Positions 11,629 through 21,929 are shown, numbered from the stretch's first letter. The stretch: 64,000 nt of DNA from Rhodoglobus sp. (GCA_041736385.1 JBGSTT010000022.1:15977-79976); one strand, 5' to 3'. Program-made: numbers and translations. The notes: generated by a model from the sequence alone, not told the origin.

Positions 11629-11642
11629 TGTGTACGTTCACA
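11629..11642. promoter_or_regulatory. LacI-family operator (autoregulatory)
   Basis: TGTGTACGTTCACA about 30 nt upstream of the regulator start. Confidence 0.75.
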
Positions 11643-11675
11643 TTCTCATAGCAAGTATGCCGTGCGCCGCCCAAC

Positions 11676-12833
11676 TTAGAGCCGATCGAGCGCTCCGAGG
11701 ACGTCGTCAAGTAAGTCAGCGACATCTTCGATTCCGACTGACAGGCGCACGATGTTGTCTGGCACCTCGAGCGCCGTTCCCTTCACCGAGGCGTGCGTCA
11801 TCTCGGCGGGGTAACACACGAGTGACTCGACCCCACCGAGCGACTCGGCGAGTTGGAAGAGCGTCATCGACTCAGCAAGCTTCTTCGCTGGCGTCGCGCC
11901 GCCCTTCACTGCAAACGAGATCATGCCGCCGAACGCCCTCATCTGACGCGCGGCGAGCTCGTGGCCAGGGTGATCCGGCAGGCCAGGGTAGTACACCGCA
12001 TCGAGCCGTGGATGCCCGACGAGCGCCTCAGCAATCGCCATTGCGTTCGAGGAGTGGCGCTCGACGCGAACCGCGAGCGTCTTGATTCCGCGAATCGTTA
12101 GCCATGAATCCATCGGCCCGGGCACCGCACCGGCAGCGAACTGAACAAAGCCGATCCTCTCGGCAAGCTCCTCGTTGTTGACGACAACGGCGCCACCGAG
12201 CACGTCGGAATGGCCACCGAGGTACTTGGTGGTCGAATGCACGACCACGTCGGCCCCGAGCTCAAGCGGGCGCTGCAGGTACGGGGACGCGAAGGTGTTA
12301 TCAACGACGACGAGCGCCCCAGCCGCGTGGCCGATCTGGGCGAGGGCGGCAATGTCGGTGATCTTCATGAGCGGGTTGCTCGGGGTTTCGACCCACAGCA
12401 TGTGGGTCGCATCCGGTCGCATGGCGCGCCGGACCGCGTCGAGGTCACTCATGTCGACCGTCGAGAGCGAGACCCCCCACGGCACGAAGATGCGACTCAC
12501 GAGACGGTGGCTGCCGCCGTAAACATCGTTGCCCATAACGACGTGGTCGCCCGGCTTGAGCACGGCGCGCAGCAGAGCGTCTTCGCCGGCAAGGCCGGAG
12601 GCGAAAGCGAAGGCATGGGTCCCGCCTTCGAGGGAAGCCAGCAGTTCTTGAAGCGAGTCGCGGGTGGGATTGCCGCCGCGGGCGTACTCGTAGCCGCCCC
12701 GGAAACCGCCGACGCCATCCTGCACAAAGGTCGAGGTGAAGTAAATCGGGGGCACGACCGCGCCCGTGGTCGGATCGAACTCCTGCCCGGCGTGGATGGC
12801 GCGGGTGGAGAAAGCGTGGTGCTGGTCTGACAC
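11676..12833 (-). CDS. metB: Cystathionine gamma-synthase/lyase
   Basis: YARGGNPT, ETPSNP, VDNTFA, HSTTKYLGGHSD (PLP lysine), AESLGGVES. Confidence 0.92.
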   Translation of the reverse strand: MSDQHHAFSTRAIHAGQEFDPTTGAVVPPIYFTSTFVQDGVGGFRGGYEYARGGNPTRDSLQELLASLEGGTHAFAFASGLAGEDALLRAVLKPGDHVVMGNDVYGGSHRLVSRIFVPWGVSLSTVDMSDLDAVRRAMRPDATHMLWVETPSNPLMKITDIAALAQIGHAAGALVVVDNTFASPYLQRPLELGADVVVHSTTKYLGGHSDVLGGAVVVNNEELAERIGFVQFAAGAVPGPMDSWLTIRGIKTLAVRVERHSSNAMAIAEALVGHPRLDAVYYPGLPDHPGHELAARQMRAFGGMISFAVKGGATPAKKLAESMTLFQLAESLGGVESLVCYPAEMTHASVKGTALEVPDNIVRLSVGIEDVADLLDDVLGALDRL

Positions 12834-12871
12834 GTGGATCGTTTCTATTTCGTCGGTACGTTGGGGTCGGT

Positions 12872-14236
12872 CTAGTCGGAGAGAAAGGTCAGGAGGTCGT
12901 GCCGGGTGAGTACGGCGGCCGGCTTGCCGTCACTCGTCACGAGCAGCGCGTCGGCTGAGGCGAGTGCCGCCTTCGCCGCTCCGACCGGTTCGTGCACTCC
13001 GATCAAACCGAGTGGGGCACCGACGAATTCCCCGACGGCATCGGTCATCTTGGCGCCGCCGCTGAAGACCGCCTCGAGCAGCGAGCGCTCGTCTACTGAA
13101 CCCAACACTTCACCCATGACCACTGGTGGTTCCGCCGACAGCACCGGCATCTGCGAAATCTCGTATTTGGTGAGAATGCGAATGGCGTCGCGCACCGTGT
13201 CCGACGGCTTGACGTGCACGAGGTCTGGCAGTTGGCCAGTCTTCGCGGTCAACACGTCGCCGACGGTGCGTTCGTCGGCAGACTCGCCGAAGCCATACGA
13301 TCGCATCCATTTCTCATTGAAGATCTTGCCGAGGTAACCGCGCCCACCGTCTGGCAACAGAATCACCATGACGTCGTCTTTGCCGAGGCGACGAGCCGCC
13401 TTCAGTCCGGATGCCACGGCGAGCCCGCTCGAGCCGCCGACGAGCAGTCCCTCCTCACGTGCCATCCGCAGGGTGTACTCGAACGATTCTGCGTCACTGG
13501 ATGCGATGACCTCGTCCACAACGCTCGGATCGTAGGCTCTCGGCCAGAAGTCTTCGCCGACACCTTCGACCAAATATGGCCTGCCGGTGCCACCAGAGTA
13601 GACGCTGCCCTCCGGATCGGCTCCGATAATCTGCACCGCACCGCCGGAAACTTCCTTGAGGTACTTTCCGACCCCGCTGATGGTGCCGCCGGTGCCGACC
13701 CCGGCAACGAAGTGGGTGATCTTCCCTTCGGTGTCTCGCCAGATCTCTGGGCCGGTCGTCTCGTAGTGGCTGAGCGGTCCGTTGAGGTTGGAGTACTGGT
13801 CTGGCTTGAACGCGCCAGGGATCTCCTTTGCTAGTCGATCCGAAACACTGTAATAGGACTCTGGGCTGTCGGGAGCAACGGCGGTTGGCGTCACGACGAT
13901 CTGCGCGCCATAGGCCGTCAGCACGTTTCGTTTGTCTTCGCCGACCTTGTCAGGAAGCACGAAAACGCAGCGATAGCCGCGCTGCTGGGCCACCAGCGCA
14001 AGCCCGACCCCGGTGTTTCCGCTCGTCGGTTCGACGATGGTTCCGCCGGGCAGGAGCTTGCCATCTCGCTCAGCGGCATCGATGATGCGCGTGGCAATTC
14101 GGTCCTTGGATGATCCGCCGGGGTTCAGATACTCGACCTTGGCGAGCACCGTCGCAGCGACGCCGTCTGTCACGTTGTTGAGGCGCACAAGCGGGGTGTT
14201 CCCGACGAGATCGAGGATAGTTTCGGCGTACTTCAT
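12872..14236 (-). CDS. cbs: Cystathionine beta-synthase with C-terminal CBS domains
   Basis: NPGGSSKDR, EPTSGNTG, GVGTGGT; C-terminal ISQMPV CBS region; paired with metB. Confidence 0.93.
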   Translation of the reverse strand: MKYAETILDLVGNTPLVRLNNVTDGVAATVLAKVEYLNPGGSSKDRIATRIIDAAERDGKLLPGGTIVEPTSGNTGVGLALVAQQRGYRCVFVLPDKVGEDKRNVLTAYGAQIVVTPTAVAPDSPESYYSVSDRLAKEIPGAFKPDQYSNLNGPLSHYETTGPEIWRDTEGKITHFVAGVGTGGTISGVGKYLKEVSGGAVQIIGADPEGSVYSGGTGRPYLVEGVGEDFWPRAYDPSVVDEVIASSDAESFEYTLRMAREEGLLVGGSSGLAVASGLKAARRLGKDDVMVILLPDGGRGYLGKIFNEKWMRSYGFGESADERTVGDVLTAKTGQLPDLVHVKPSDTVRDAIRILTKYEISQMPVLSAEPPVVMGEVLGSVDERSLLEAVFSGGAKMTDAVGEFVGAPLGLIGVHEPVGAAKAALASADALLVTSDGKPAAVLTRHDLLTFLSD

Positions 14237-14281
14237 GGTGACCTCAATCTATCAGCGGCCCAGCTCATGTTTCGGGCACGG

Positions 14282-15718
14282 TCAGTAGGCGATCACTCGC
14301 GATCCCTCAGGAAGCGGAATGCCCGCGATCGCGAACGCGGCCTGAACGCGCAACCGTCGGTTATCGATCTCGCGCCCGATCTCTCGAGCGAACGCCGGTC
14401 GCTTGTTCAGGAGCACGTCAAGGACCTCGACCGGAACGTGCAGCACTTCAACGCTGGTCGTGGCGCGCACCGTCGCGTTGATGCCTTGCCGCGTGAGACT
14501 GGTCAGCCCGATGAGGTCCCCGCTGTCGAACTCAGTAACCGGTACCTTCTCGCCGAGCGGCCCGAGCACGATCATGGAGGCCAGGCCAGACACGACCATC
14601 CGGATGCCCGTCGGTACTTCGCCGGTGTGCTGAATGACTTCCCCCGCCGCGTACCGCTCTGCGGATGCGGTTTTTGCCGCACTCTCGAGCTCGGAAATAT
14701 CGCAGTTCACGGCTGTTGCGAACCGCTGCAGCATGCCGGAACGCCGTTCTGCGGTGTCGTTCTCGTCGAAGTAGTCTCGATCGAGGCGCAGCTTTGCGCG
14801 CCTAGCGGCGTACCACACTCGGCGTCGGAACTCGGCAAGGGTGTCGAACTCATCCCCGGGACTTTCAATCGGAATGTCGATCTCGTACTTCGCCTTGTCG
14901 AGCGCGTATGCGCCTGGGGTTCCACCCGGGGCGAGCGTTGGCAGATCCCGCGCGACCGCTTCGAGCATCGCGATCACCAGTTCTGGAGGATCATCCGTGG
15001 TGAACCGCACTTCCGTCCACGCGGTGTAGTGGCCCCGCTTGCGGCTGAGGTTGGTGAACGAGGCTCCCGCGAGCTCCGAGTTGGGCACAACCTGTACGCC
15101 CTTGATGGTTCGAATATGCACGGAGCGCCAGTTCACCTCCTCGACGCGACCTCGCACGCCAGCGGCATCCAGCCAGTCCCCGATCTTGAAGGGTTGTTCG
15201 AAGAGCAGCAGGAGACCGGACAGTACCGAGCCAACGGCGTTCTGCAGAGCCAACCCGATGACGATCGATCCGATGCCGAGGGCGGTGAACAGGCCACCGA
15301 CATCCGCACCCCAGACAACACTGAACAGCACTGCGACCGAGATGACGATCAGGAGGAACCGGAGCACGTCAACGAAGATGGACGGCAGTCGTTCGCGCCA
15401 GGTACCCGCACGCGCCTTACCGAATACGACGAAATTGACCCCGTTAATGAGCACGAGAATGACGAGGAAACCCAGTACCGTCGCCGTGATGCGGGTCCAC
15501 GTTAAGCCAGCTTCGATTCCGCTGGTCTGCGTCAACAGCACGAAGAGCGCAGCGACGGGCGCGACGTAGTTGCGAATGAGCAGCACGATTCTGGCCGAAC
15601 CGCTCTCGCGGCGCGCGAGAGCGGCGTGCAATTCGGTCAATACCAGAAGCACCACCGGCAGACCGATGATGACGGCGATCGATGGCCAGAACCACGGCTC
15701 GTTGAACAGCTCAGGCAC
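14282..15718 (-). CDS. MscS-family mechanosensitive channel with C-terminal cNMP-binding-like domain
   Basis: GLALQNAVGSVLSG, PFKIGDW, VPNS MscS motifs; AGEVIQHTGE...ATVRAT cNMP fold; GTG start overlaps upstream gene end. Confidence 0.88.
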   Translation of the reverse strand: MPELFNEPWFWPSIAVIIGLPVVLLVLTELHAALARRESGSARIVLLIRNYVAPVAALFVLLTQTSGIEAGLTWTRITATVLGFLVILVLINGVNFVVFGKARAGTWRERLPSIFVDVLRFLLIVISVAVLFSVVWGADVGGLFTALGIGSIVIGLALQNAVGSVLSGLLLLFEQPFKIGDWLDAAGVRGRVEEVNWRSVHIRTIKGVQVVPNSELAGASFTNLSRKRGHYTAWTEVRFTTDDPPELVIAMLEAVARDLPTLAPGGTPGAYALDKAKYEIDIPIESPGDEFDTLAEFRRRVWYAARRAKLRLDRDYFDENDTAERRSGMLQRFATAVNCDISELESAAKTASAERYAAGEVIQHTGEVPTGIRMVVSGLASMIVLGPLGEKVPVTEFDSGDLIGLTSLTRQGINATVRATTSVEVLHVPVEVLDVLLNKRPAFAREIGREIDNRRLRVQAAFAIAGIPLPEGSRVIAY

Positions 15719-17879
15719 GGAGCGCCTCACCGGCGATTCGCCACACCTGCTGTCCACCGGTCGGCGTCTGGATCCAACCTGCAGACACCACTGGGATGCC
15801 GCCGGCCAGATCATCGAGGACCCGCTGGGTCAGGAAGATCCCAGCGTCGGCGTGACCGCCATGCACTTGGAAGGCCAAGTTCACCGTATCCCCCCACAGG
15901 TCGTAGACCATGTGCGCTCGACCGATAAGCCCGCTTGTCACTTGACCAAGATCGATTCCAGCGCGAAGACTCAGTGGCGCACCCCACTGCGCCCCGAATC
16001 GCTGCAGGATGCGGTCAAGCTCAAGGGTGAACTCCACCATTCTGCGGGCGTTGTCGATTCGAGGGACCGTCAGGCCACAACTCGCCAAATACCCACGCAC
16101 TGTTGTGCGTACGTGCTCGACGCCGAGTTTGGAGCCTGCTTCGTCAAACGCTTTCACGAGTTCGTTGAACAGCTCGAGCGTCTTCTCGGAGTCGAATCCA
16201 GCGCTGAACTGCTCGAAGCCGACGATGTCCGCGTACATCACCGACACCTCTTGGTGATCCTCCGCGATAGTTTGCACACCCTCGCGGTAGCGCCTGATCA
16301 CGGGTTCAGGCATGAGGGCCCGAAGCAGCCGCTCGCTCTCGGCATCCTGCTGCTCGAGCAACTCGGCCTTGACCTGCAGACTCCGGCTCATATCGTTGAA
16401 CGCCGCAGCGACACTGCTGATCTCGTCGCTTGAGCCGCCGTCGACGACGACCCCGGTTTCTCCCGCAGCGATCCGCTTGGCCGCCGCACTGAGTTTTCGC
16501 AACGGACGCACAATGATTCTGGCAAGAACGAGCGATGCGACCGAGACGATGAGTGCGAGGATCGCAGAAGAAGCCAGAAGATTTCGTGTGAAGTCGGTAA
16601 CCGGGGCGAACGCCTCGCTCGTGGTCGTTTCAGCGATCACAATCCAGCCCGGCAGCAACGGACCCAGCGGTCGATATGCGGCCAAAGTTTCGCGTCCAAG
16701 ATAGTTCTGGCCAATGATTGTGCCAGTCTGGCCAGACTTGGCACGATCGACCGCCACGCTCGCCACCGGCTGCACTGCGAGTGTTGTACCCCGAGCGACC
16801 GCGAGCTCGGTGACCTCTGGAGTCGTGCCCGAGGCTGTTGCTGCCGCGACGAACGCGGCCTGATCTTCGGCGAACAGTCGAGAAGGAGACCGCATCAGGC
16901 CATCGGGGCCAACGAGGTAAACCTCACCGGTGTCGCCCAGCCCGCCACCAGACGGATCGCCGTCCGCCGTCATGACAGCGCTCAGCCGATCAATTGGCAG
17001 TTCTACGGCGAACGCCCCGACGATCTCGCCGCCATCGGCAATCGGCGTCACGGCCCAGCCAGCCGGGGACGCGAGCGATGGCGCATAGTCACCGAAGTCC
17101 GTGAATGTGACACTGTCAATCACGTTGGCCGATATCGACTGCACGAAAGCGGTACCCAATTCGGTGAACCTGAACGGGCCGGTGGCGACATTAGTACCGA
17201 GGTCAACTCCTTTGTAGGCGCTGTAAACCACAGTTCCAGCCGAATCAAGCAGAAGGACGTCCTCATAGTCGAGGCGCTGGGTCATGGTTCGAAAATAGTT
17301 GTGATACACCGCATGAGTTGCAGACCAGGCGCTGCCGTCTCCGGCATCATCGCGGGCGATAGCCGAGTCGAAGTCTGGCGAAGGCACCGTGTATGCCAGT
17401 TGCAGATACCGGGCGGCCGGACTGACCGGCACGAAGCTCGCTGCATCAACTTCCTTGCCGGTGACGTCAGCGAGCAGTGGGGCAAAGACCTCAAGATAGA
17501 AATCCTCGAGTTGTACGTCCTGCCCTGCAGTCAATTCGCTGGATTCGAGCTCTTCGAAGTTGGCGGAGAAATCCTTGGTCGCCTGCACAACGGTGCTACC
17601 GGCGGCATGAACGCGGATCGTGTTCTCGATCGTGGAGTAAAGCCGGGTCACCTCGCGAGCACGCGAATCCCGCACTTCGATAAGGCGCTGGAAGGCAGCA
17701 TCCCGCAAGGAATCGGTCGCGTTGACATAGCCGATCACTCCAACGACAACATTGGAGACGACGCTCACCGTTAAGAGCATGATGAGCACTAGCGACTGGA
17801 TGCTCAGCCCACTTCGGTACTTGCGCACTCTCAACTGTTTCGTGCTCGCCGCCTTCGCGGGTGCCTCGCTCGTCGACAT
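15711..17879 (-). CDS. Membrane sensor-HAMP-class III nucleotidyl cyclase-like protein (catalytic residues degenerate)
   Basis: Two TM helices around a Cache-like domain (LGDTGEVYLVGPD), HAMP (RPLRKL...DEI...FNDM), MYADIVGF and YDLWGDTVNLA motifs; start trimmed to ATG 17879. Confidence 0.88.
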   Translation of the reverse strand: MSTSEAPAKAASTKQLRVRKYRSGLSIQSLVLIMLLTVSVVSNVVVGVIGYVNATDSLRDAAFQRLIEVRDSRAREVTRLYSTIENTIRVHAAGSTVVQATKDFSANFEELESSELTAGQDVQLEDFYLEVFAPLLADVTGKEVDAASFVPVSPAARYLQLAYTVPSPDFDSAIARDDAGDGSAWSATHAVYHNYFRTMTQRLDYEDVLLLDSAGTVVYSAYKGVDLGTNVATGPFRFTELGTAFVQSISANVIDSVTFTDFGDYAPSLASPAGWAVTPIADGGEIVGAFAVELPIDRLSAVMTADGDPSGGGLGDTGEVYLVGPDGLMRSPSRLFAEDQAAFVAAATASGTTPEVTELAVARGTTLAVQPVASVAVDRAKSGQTGTIIGQNYLGRETLAAYRPLGPLLPGWIVIAETTTSEAFAPVTDFTRNLLASSAILALIVSVASLVLARIIVRPLRKLSAAAKRIAAGETGVVVDGGSSDEISSVAAAFNDMSRSLQVKAELLEQQDAESERLLRALMPEPVIRRYREGVQTIAEDHQEVSVMYADIVGFEQFSAGFDSEKTLELFNELVKAFDEAGSKLGVEHVRTTVRGYLASCGLTVPRIDNARRMVEFTLELDRILQRFGAQWGAPLSLRAGIDLGQVTSGLIGRAHMVYDLWGDTVNLAFQVHGGHADAGIFLTQRVLDDLAGGIPVVSAGWIQTPTGGQQVWRIAGEALRA

Positions 17880-18068
17880 TGAGATCCTGACAGGCTTTGT
17901 GTAGGCCCCGGGGGGGCTTGACGGTGATCGGCCCAGGCCAACATTGGCCTCAAGGAGATCCTGACGGTGATTCAGACTAGCGCGGACACGCACAGACTTC
18001 ACATGGTTCTTGCACCCTCGACACGCCATTATTGAAATCGTCGCGTGCCAGCTAACGATAGGAGTCCT

Positions 18069-18749
18069 GTGCCAACCTCGAACGATCGATCTGGACTTAC
18101 CGTAAAGCAACAGCGTGAAGCCAAGCGTGCCGAGAAGGTTGCCGCGATGAAACGCAAAGAGGCGATCGATAAGCGCAACCAGCGGATCTACCTTTTCTCG
18201 GGGATTGGAGTTAGCCTCGCGGTCGTCGTTGCGATTGTTGCCTTAGTCGTCACCAGTTCGGTGCCGAGGCCCAATCCGGCAGATATCGTTGTTGATGGAG
18301 TGCAGGAATTCACCGGCATAACCGCCGTTCACGTCGGGCCAGAGCCCGTCGACTACCTCGCGGCCTACAACATGAACCCACCAGCCGGCGGCGATCATTT
18401 CGCTGGGTGGCTCAATTGCGGGGTGTACAACCAGCCGCAACCGAACGAGAACGCGGTGCACTCGCTCGAGCATGGCGCGGTATGGGTCACGTACGACCCA
18501 GAACGGGTCGACCAAGCCGGAGTGGATGCGCTCCGTGACGCGATCCCATCGTCGTACATCATCCTGTCCCCGTATCCCGGATTGCCCTCGCCGGTGGTCG
18601 CATCCGCTTGGGGAGCCCAGGTTCAGCTAGACGGTATAGACGACGCACGTCTCGGACTGTTCATCGACAAGTACTGGAGGTCGGCGAGCGCGCCAGAGCC
18701 CGGCGCATCTTGCACCGGTGCGGTCGAGGGTCCTGGCCGCGTCGCATGA
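18069..18749 (+). CDS. DUF3105-like membrane-anchored protein
   Basis: PPAGGDH, WLNCGVY, VHSLEHGAVWVTY, SAWG, APEPGASC; GTG after AGGAG. Confidence 0.85.
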   Translation: MPTSNDRSGLTVKQQREAKRAEKVAAMKRKEAIDKRNQRIYLFSGIGVSLAVVVAIVALVVTSSVPRPNPADIVVDGVQEFTGITAVHVGPEPVDYLAAYNMNPPAGGDHFAGWLNCGVYNQPQPNENAVHSLEHGAVWVTYDPERVDQAGVDALRDAIPSSYIILSPYPGLPSPVVASAWGAQVQLDGIDDARLGLFIDKYWRSASAPEPGASCTGAVEGPGRVA

Positions 18750-18783
18750 GCGCGTCGCTCCTTACGTAAGTCCCAGGCTCACC

Positions 18784-19494
18784 GTGACTGACGTCAGCAC
18801 TCCAACCCGCGAGGCCAGCCATGGCATGCGGTTTTCGCCCGCTCAAGCGGTAGCGTCAGCGGTCGCCGTACTGATCGTCGTGCTCTTGTCACTAGCGGTC
18901 GGTCGTCTAACCGCACCGAACCCCGCCCCGCCTTCGACTCTGAGCGCTGAAGCTGGCTTTGCTCGAGACATGCAAGAGCACCACAACCAAGCCGTCGAAC
19001 TCGCGTTGATCGTTCGTGACAAAACGGAGGAGCCGGATACCCGACTCTTGGCCTACGACATTGCCACCTCGCAGTCGCAACAATCCGGCCAGATGTTCGG
19101 GTGGCTCGCCGAGTGGGGCCTGCCGCAAGCTCCGGCGGAACCGTCGATGACGTGGATGCTGCGGCCACCGCTCGGTGACGACAGCGGCCACGGCAATTCC
19201 AGCCACGGCGATTCGGTAGACGGTGCTCTGCCCGACATGACGATGCCCGGGATGGCCATGCCTGGCATGGCTACCCGAGAGCAGATTCTTCAGCTCGATG
19301 GCCTGCGCGGACGAGAGGCCGAGGTGCAATTTCTTGAGTTGATGATTGCGCACCACCGCGGCGGGGTCGAGATGGCGGCGGCGATCCTCGAGCGCAGCGA
19401 CGTCAACGTCGTGCGCGACTTGGCGTCGAGCATCCTGTCAGTTCAGGAGTCTGAGATTGCACTCATGGAGCGCATGCTCGCCGAGCGGCAATGA
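18784..19494 (+). CDS. DUF305 family protein
   Basis: FARDMQEHHNQAV and FLELMIAHHRGGVEMA paired HH motifs, MPGMAT; start uncertain. Confidence 0.85.
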   Translation: MTDVSTPTREASHGMRFSPAQAVASAVAVLIVVLLSLAVGRLTAPNPAPPSTLSAEAGFARDMQEHHNQAVELALIVRDKTEEPDTRLLAYDIATSQSQQSGQMFGWLAEWGLPQAPAEPSMTWMLRPPLGDDSGHGNSSHGDSVDGALPDMTMPGMAMPGMATREQILQLDGLRGREAEVQFLELMIAHHRGGVEMAAAILERSDVNVVRDLASSILSVQESEIALMERMLAERQ

Positions 19495-19569
19495 AGCTCG
19501 TGCCGCCAGCGCATCCGACCCTCTTGGCATGCGCGGCTCTTGCCATCTGCCGCTTGAGCTAGGTAAGTC

Positions 19570-21438
19570 TTAGGTCTCAAGCACCTGTTCACGATAGAGC
19601 GTCGAGTACACGCCGTTACGACGGATGAGGTCTTCGTGCGTTCCGCGCTCGACGATACGGCCGTTCTCGACCACGAAGATCACATCGGCCGAGACCACCG
19701 TCGACAACCGGTGTGCAACGGCGATCGTGGTGCGCCCGCGGGACGCGGCGTCGAGGGCGCCTTGAACGATTCGTTCGGAAATGCTGTCGAGCGCGCTCGT
19801 GGCTTCGTCAAGGATGAGCACGGCCGGGTCCTTTAGCAACACGCGAGCGATCGCGACGCGCTGCTTTTCGCCGCCTGAAAGCCGATATCCGCGCTCTCCA
19901 ACAACGGTGTCGTAGCCGTCAGGAAACGAGGTGATCGTTCCGTGGATGTTCGCAGCCTGGGCCGCTGCCTCGAGTTCTTGCTGGGTGGCGGAAGGCTTTG
20001 CGTACCTGAGGTTCTCCGCAATCGTTGCGTGGAACAAGTACGTCTCTTGACTGACGATCCCGATGTTGCGCACGAGTGAATCGAGTTGCAGTTCTCTGAC
20101 GTCGTCGCCAGCGAAGAGTACTCGACCGCTCGTGACATCGTGCAGTCTCGGAATCAGATACGAGACGGTGGTCTTTCCCGCCCCTGACGGACCGACAAAC
20201 GCCGCGAACTGCCCGGGTTCGATCGTGAACGAGATTCCCTTGAGTGTCGCCGGGGTTTCGCCGCCGGCATCGGGATATCTGAACACCACGTCATCGAACT
20301 GCACGCGGCCGAGTTGTGCTTGATGCACTGGGTGCGCGGTCGGCCGGTCAACGATCGCAGGAACGAGATCGAGGTACTCGAAGATTCTCGCGAACAGTGC
20401 AGAGGAGGTCTGCAGATCGAGTGCGACCCGAAGCAGACCGAGGAGCGGGAACATGAGTCTGGCCTGCACCGTCGTAAATGCCACGATGGTGCCAGCAGTA
20501 ACGTCTACACCCCCGGTGATGAGCCAGGCCGCGACGACGTAGATCACGGCGGGAATGATCGACAGGAAGATGCTTACCATCGCGAAGAACCACTGACCGC
20601 TCATCTGCAAACTGACCTGCAGCCGCACCTGGTTCTGGTTTTCGGCGGTGTAGCGCCCCACCTCGGACTCCTGCTGTCCGAAACTCTTTGCGAGCAGAAT
20701 TCCCGAAACGCTCAAGGACTCCTGAGTGATCGCAGTCATGTCGCTGAGTGATTCCTGCGTCTTGGTTGCGATTCTCGCTCGCACTTGGCCAACCCTGCGC
20801 TGAGCGATAACGAGCAGTGGCAAGAGAACCACGGCCACGATGGTGAGTTGCCAGCTCAAGATGAGCATGCTCACGAACGCGGCGATCACCGTGACGGTAT
20901 TGCCAATCACGCTCGAGATGGTGTTGCTCAGGACTCCGGCAACTCCGCCAACGTCGTTCTGCAAGCGTGACTGGATGATCCCCGTCTTCGTGCGCGTAAA
21001 GAACGCCAGCTCCATGGCCTGCAAATGACCGAACAGGCGGATGCGCAGCGCCCCCATCACCGAATTACCGACGGTCGCGGTCAGGTAGGTCTGCCAGACG
21101 CCGAGCGCCGCAGACACGACCCACAGCACGACCATGATCGTGACAAGTTCGACGAGCACTGGCAGGTCTGGCCTACCGTCGGGTGGGAATAGTCCCCGGT
21201 CGAAGGCCTGTGCCGTCAGGAGCGGCGGAAACACGCTGATGCCTGCACTGATGAGCACCAGCACGATCGTGACGGTGATTGCCGGTCGATACGGCGTGAA
21301 CAGTTCGCCGATGCGCGAAATCAGATCCGGGATCGTGGGAGCTGTCGCGTTTTCAGCTCGCTGAGCCGCGACATCCCCTCGGCTGATTCGACCACTGCGA
21401 CCGCCACCGCCACCGCCACCGCCACGCATTCCGCTCAC
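19570..21438 (-). CDS. ABC exporter, fused permease/ATP-binding
   Basis: TM domain plus GPSGAGKT, LSGGEKQR, DEATSALD, AHRLST. Confidence 0.93.
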   Translation of the reverse strand: MSGMRGGGGGGGGRSGRISRGDVAAQRAENATAPTIPDLISRIGELFTPYRPAITVTIVLVLISAGISVFPPLLTAQAFDRGLFPPDGRPDLPVLVELVTIMVVLWVVSAALGVWQTYLTATVGNSVMGALRIRLFGHLQAMELAFFTRTKTGIIQSRLQNDVGGVAGVLSNTISSVIGNTVTVIAAFVSMLILSWQLTIVAVVLLPLLVIAQRRVGQVRARIATKTQESLSDMTAITQESLSVSGILLAKSFGQQESEVGRYTAENQNQVRLQVSLQMSGQWFFAMVSIFLSIIPAVIYVVAAWLITGGVDVTAGTIVAFTTVQARLMFPLLGLLRVALDLQTSSALFARIFEYLDLVPAIVDRPTAHPVHQAQLGRVQFDDVVFRYPDAGGETPATLKGISFTIEPGQFAAFVGPSGAGKTTVSYLIPRLHDVTSGRVLFAGDDVRELQLDSLVRNIGIVSQETYLFHATIAENLRYAKPSATQQELEAAAQAANIHGTITSFPDGYDTVVGERGYRLSGGEKQRVAIARVLLKDPAVLILDEATSALDSISERIVQGALDAASRGRTTIAVAHRLSTVVSADVIFVVENGRIVERGTHEDLIRRNGVYSTLYREQVLET

Positions 21439-21481
21439 TGGGTCAGCCTAAGCCGCCAGTCGCTGAGTGCGCTGACACGAG

Positions 21482-21519
21482 CGATGGCGCCGCTTTCGAA
21501 ACCGAAAGCGGCGCCATCG
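21482..21519 (-). terminator. Terminator hairpin after rplL
   Basis: CGATGGCGCCGCTTTCG-AAAC-CGAAAGCGGCGCCATCG perfect 17-bp stem. Confidence 0.85.
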
Positions 21520-21536
21520 GCGCGGAACAACGATTG

Positions 21537-21929
21537 CTACTTCAGGGTGACGGTTGCGCCAGCCTCTTCGAGAACAGCCTTGGCCTTTTCTGCGGCCTCC
21601 TTGCTCACGCCCTCGAGCACGACGCCGGGAGCGCCATCAACGACTGCCTTGGCCTCGCCGAGACCGAGGCTCGTAAGGCTGCGCACCTCCTTGATGACCT
21701 GGATCTTCTTCTCGCCAGCCGACTCAAGCACAACGTCGAAGGCGGTCTGCTCTTCGACCTCTTCTGCTGCGCCACCAGCGCCACCGGCAGCGGGAGCTGC
21801 GGCAACGCCAACGGGAGCTGCTGCGGTGACCTCGAAGGTCTCCTCGAACTTCTTGACGAACTCGCTGAGTTCGATGAGGGTCAACTCCTTGAACGCCTCG
21901 ATGAGCTGGTCACTGGTCATTTTTGCCAT
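21537..21929 (-). CDS. rplL: 50S ribosomal protein L7/L12
   Basis: [30 protein letters not shown]. Confidence 0.98.
   Translation of the reverse strand: MAKMTSDQLIEAFKELTLIELSEFVKKFEETFEVTAAAPVGVAAAPAAGGAGGAAEEVEEQTAFDVVLESAGEKKIQVIKEVRSLTSLGLGEAKAVVDGAPGVVLEGVSKEAAEKAKAVLEEAGATVTLK

Noticed and set aside
11676-14236. cbs-metB pair as a novel H2S system
   Set aside because: Standard actinobacterial transsulfuration arrangement
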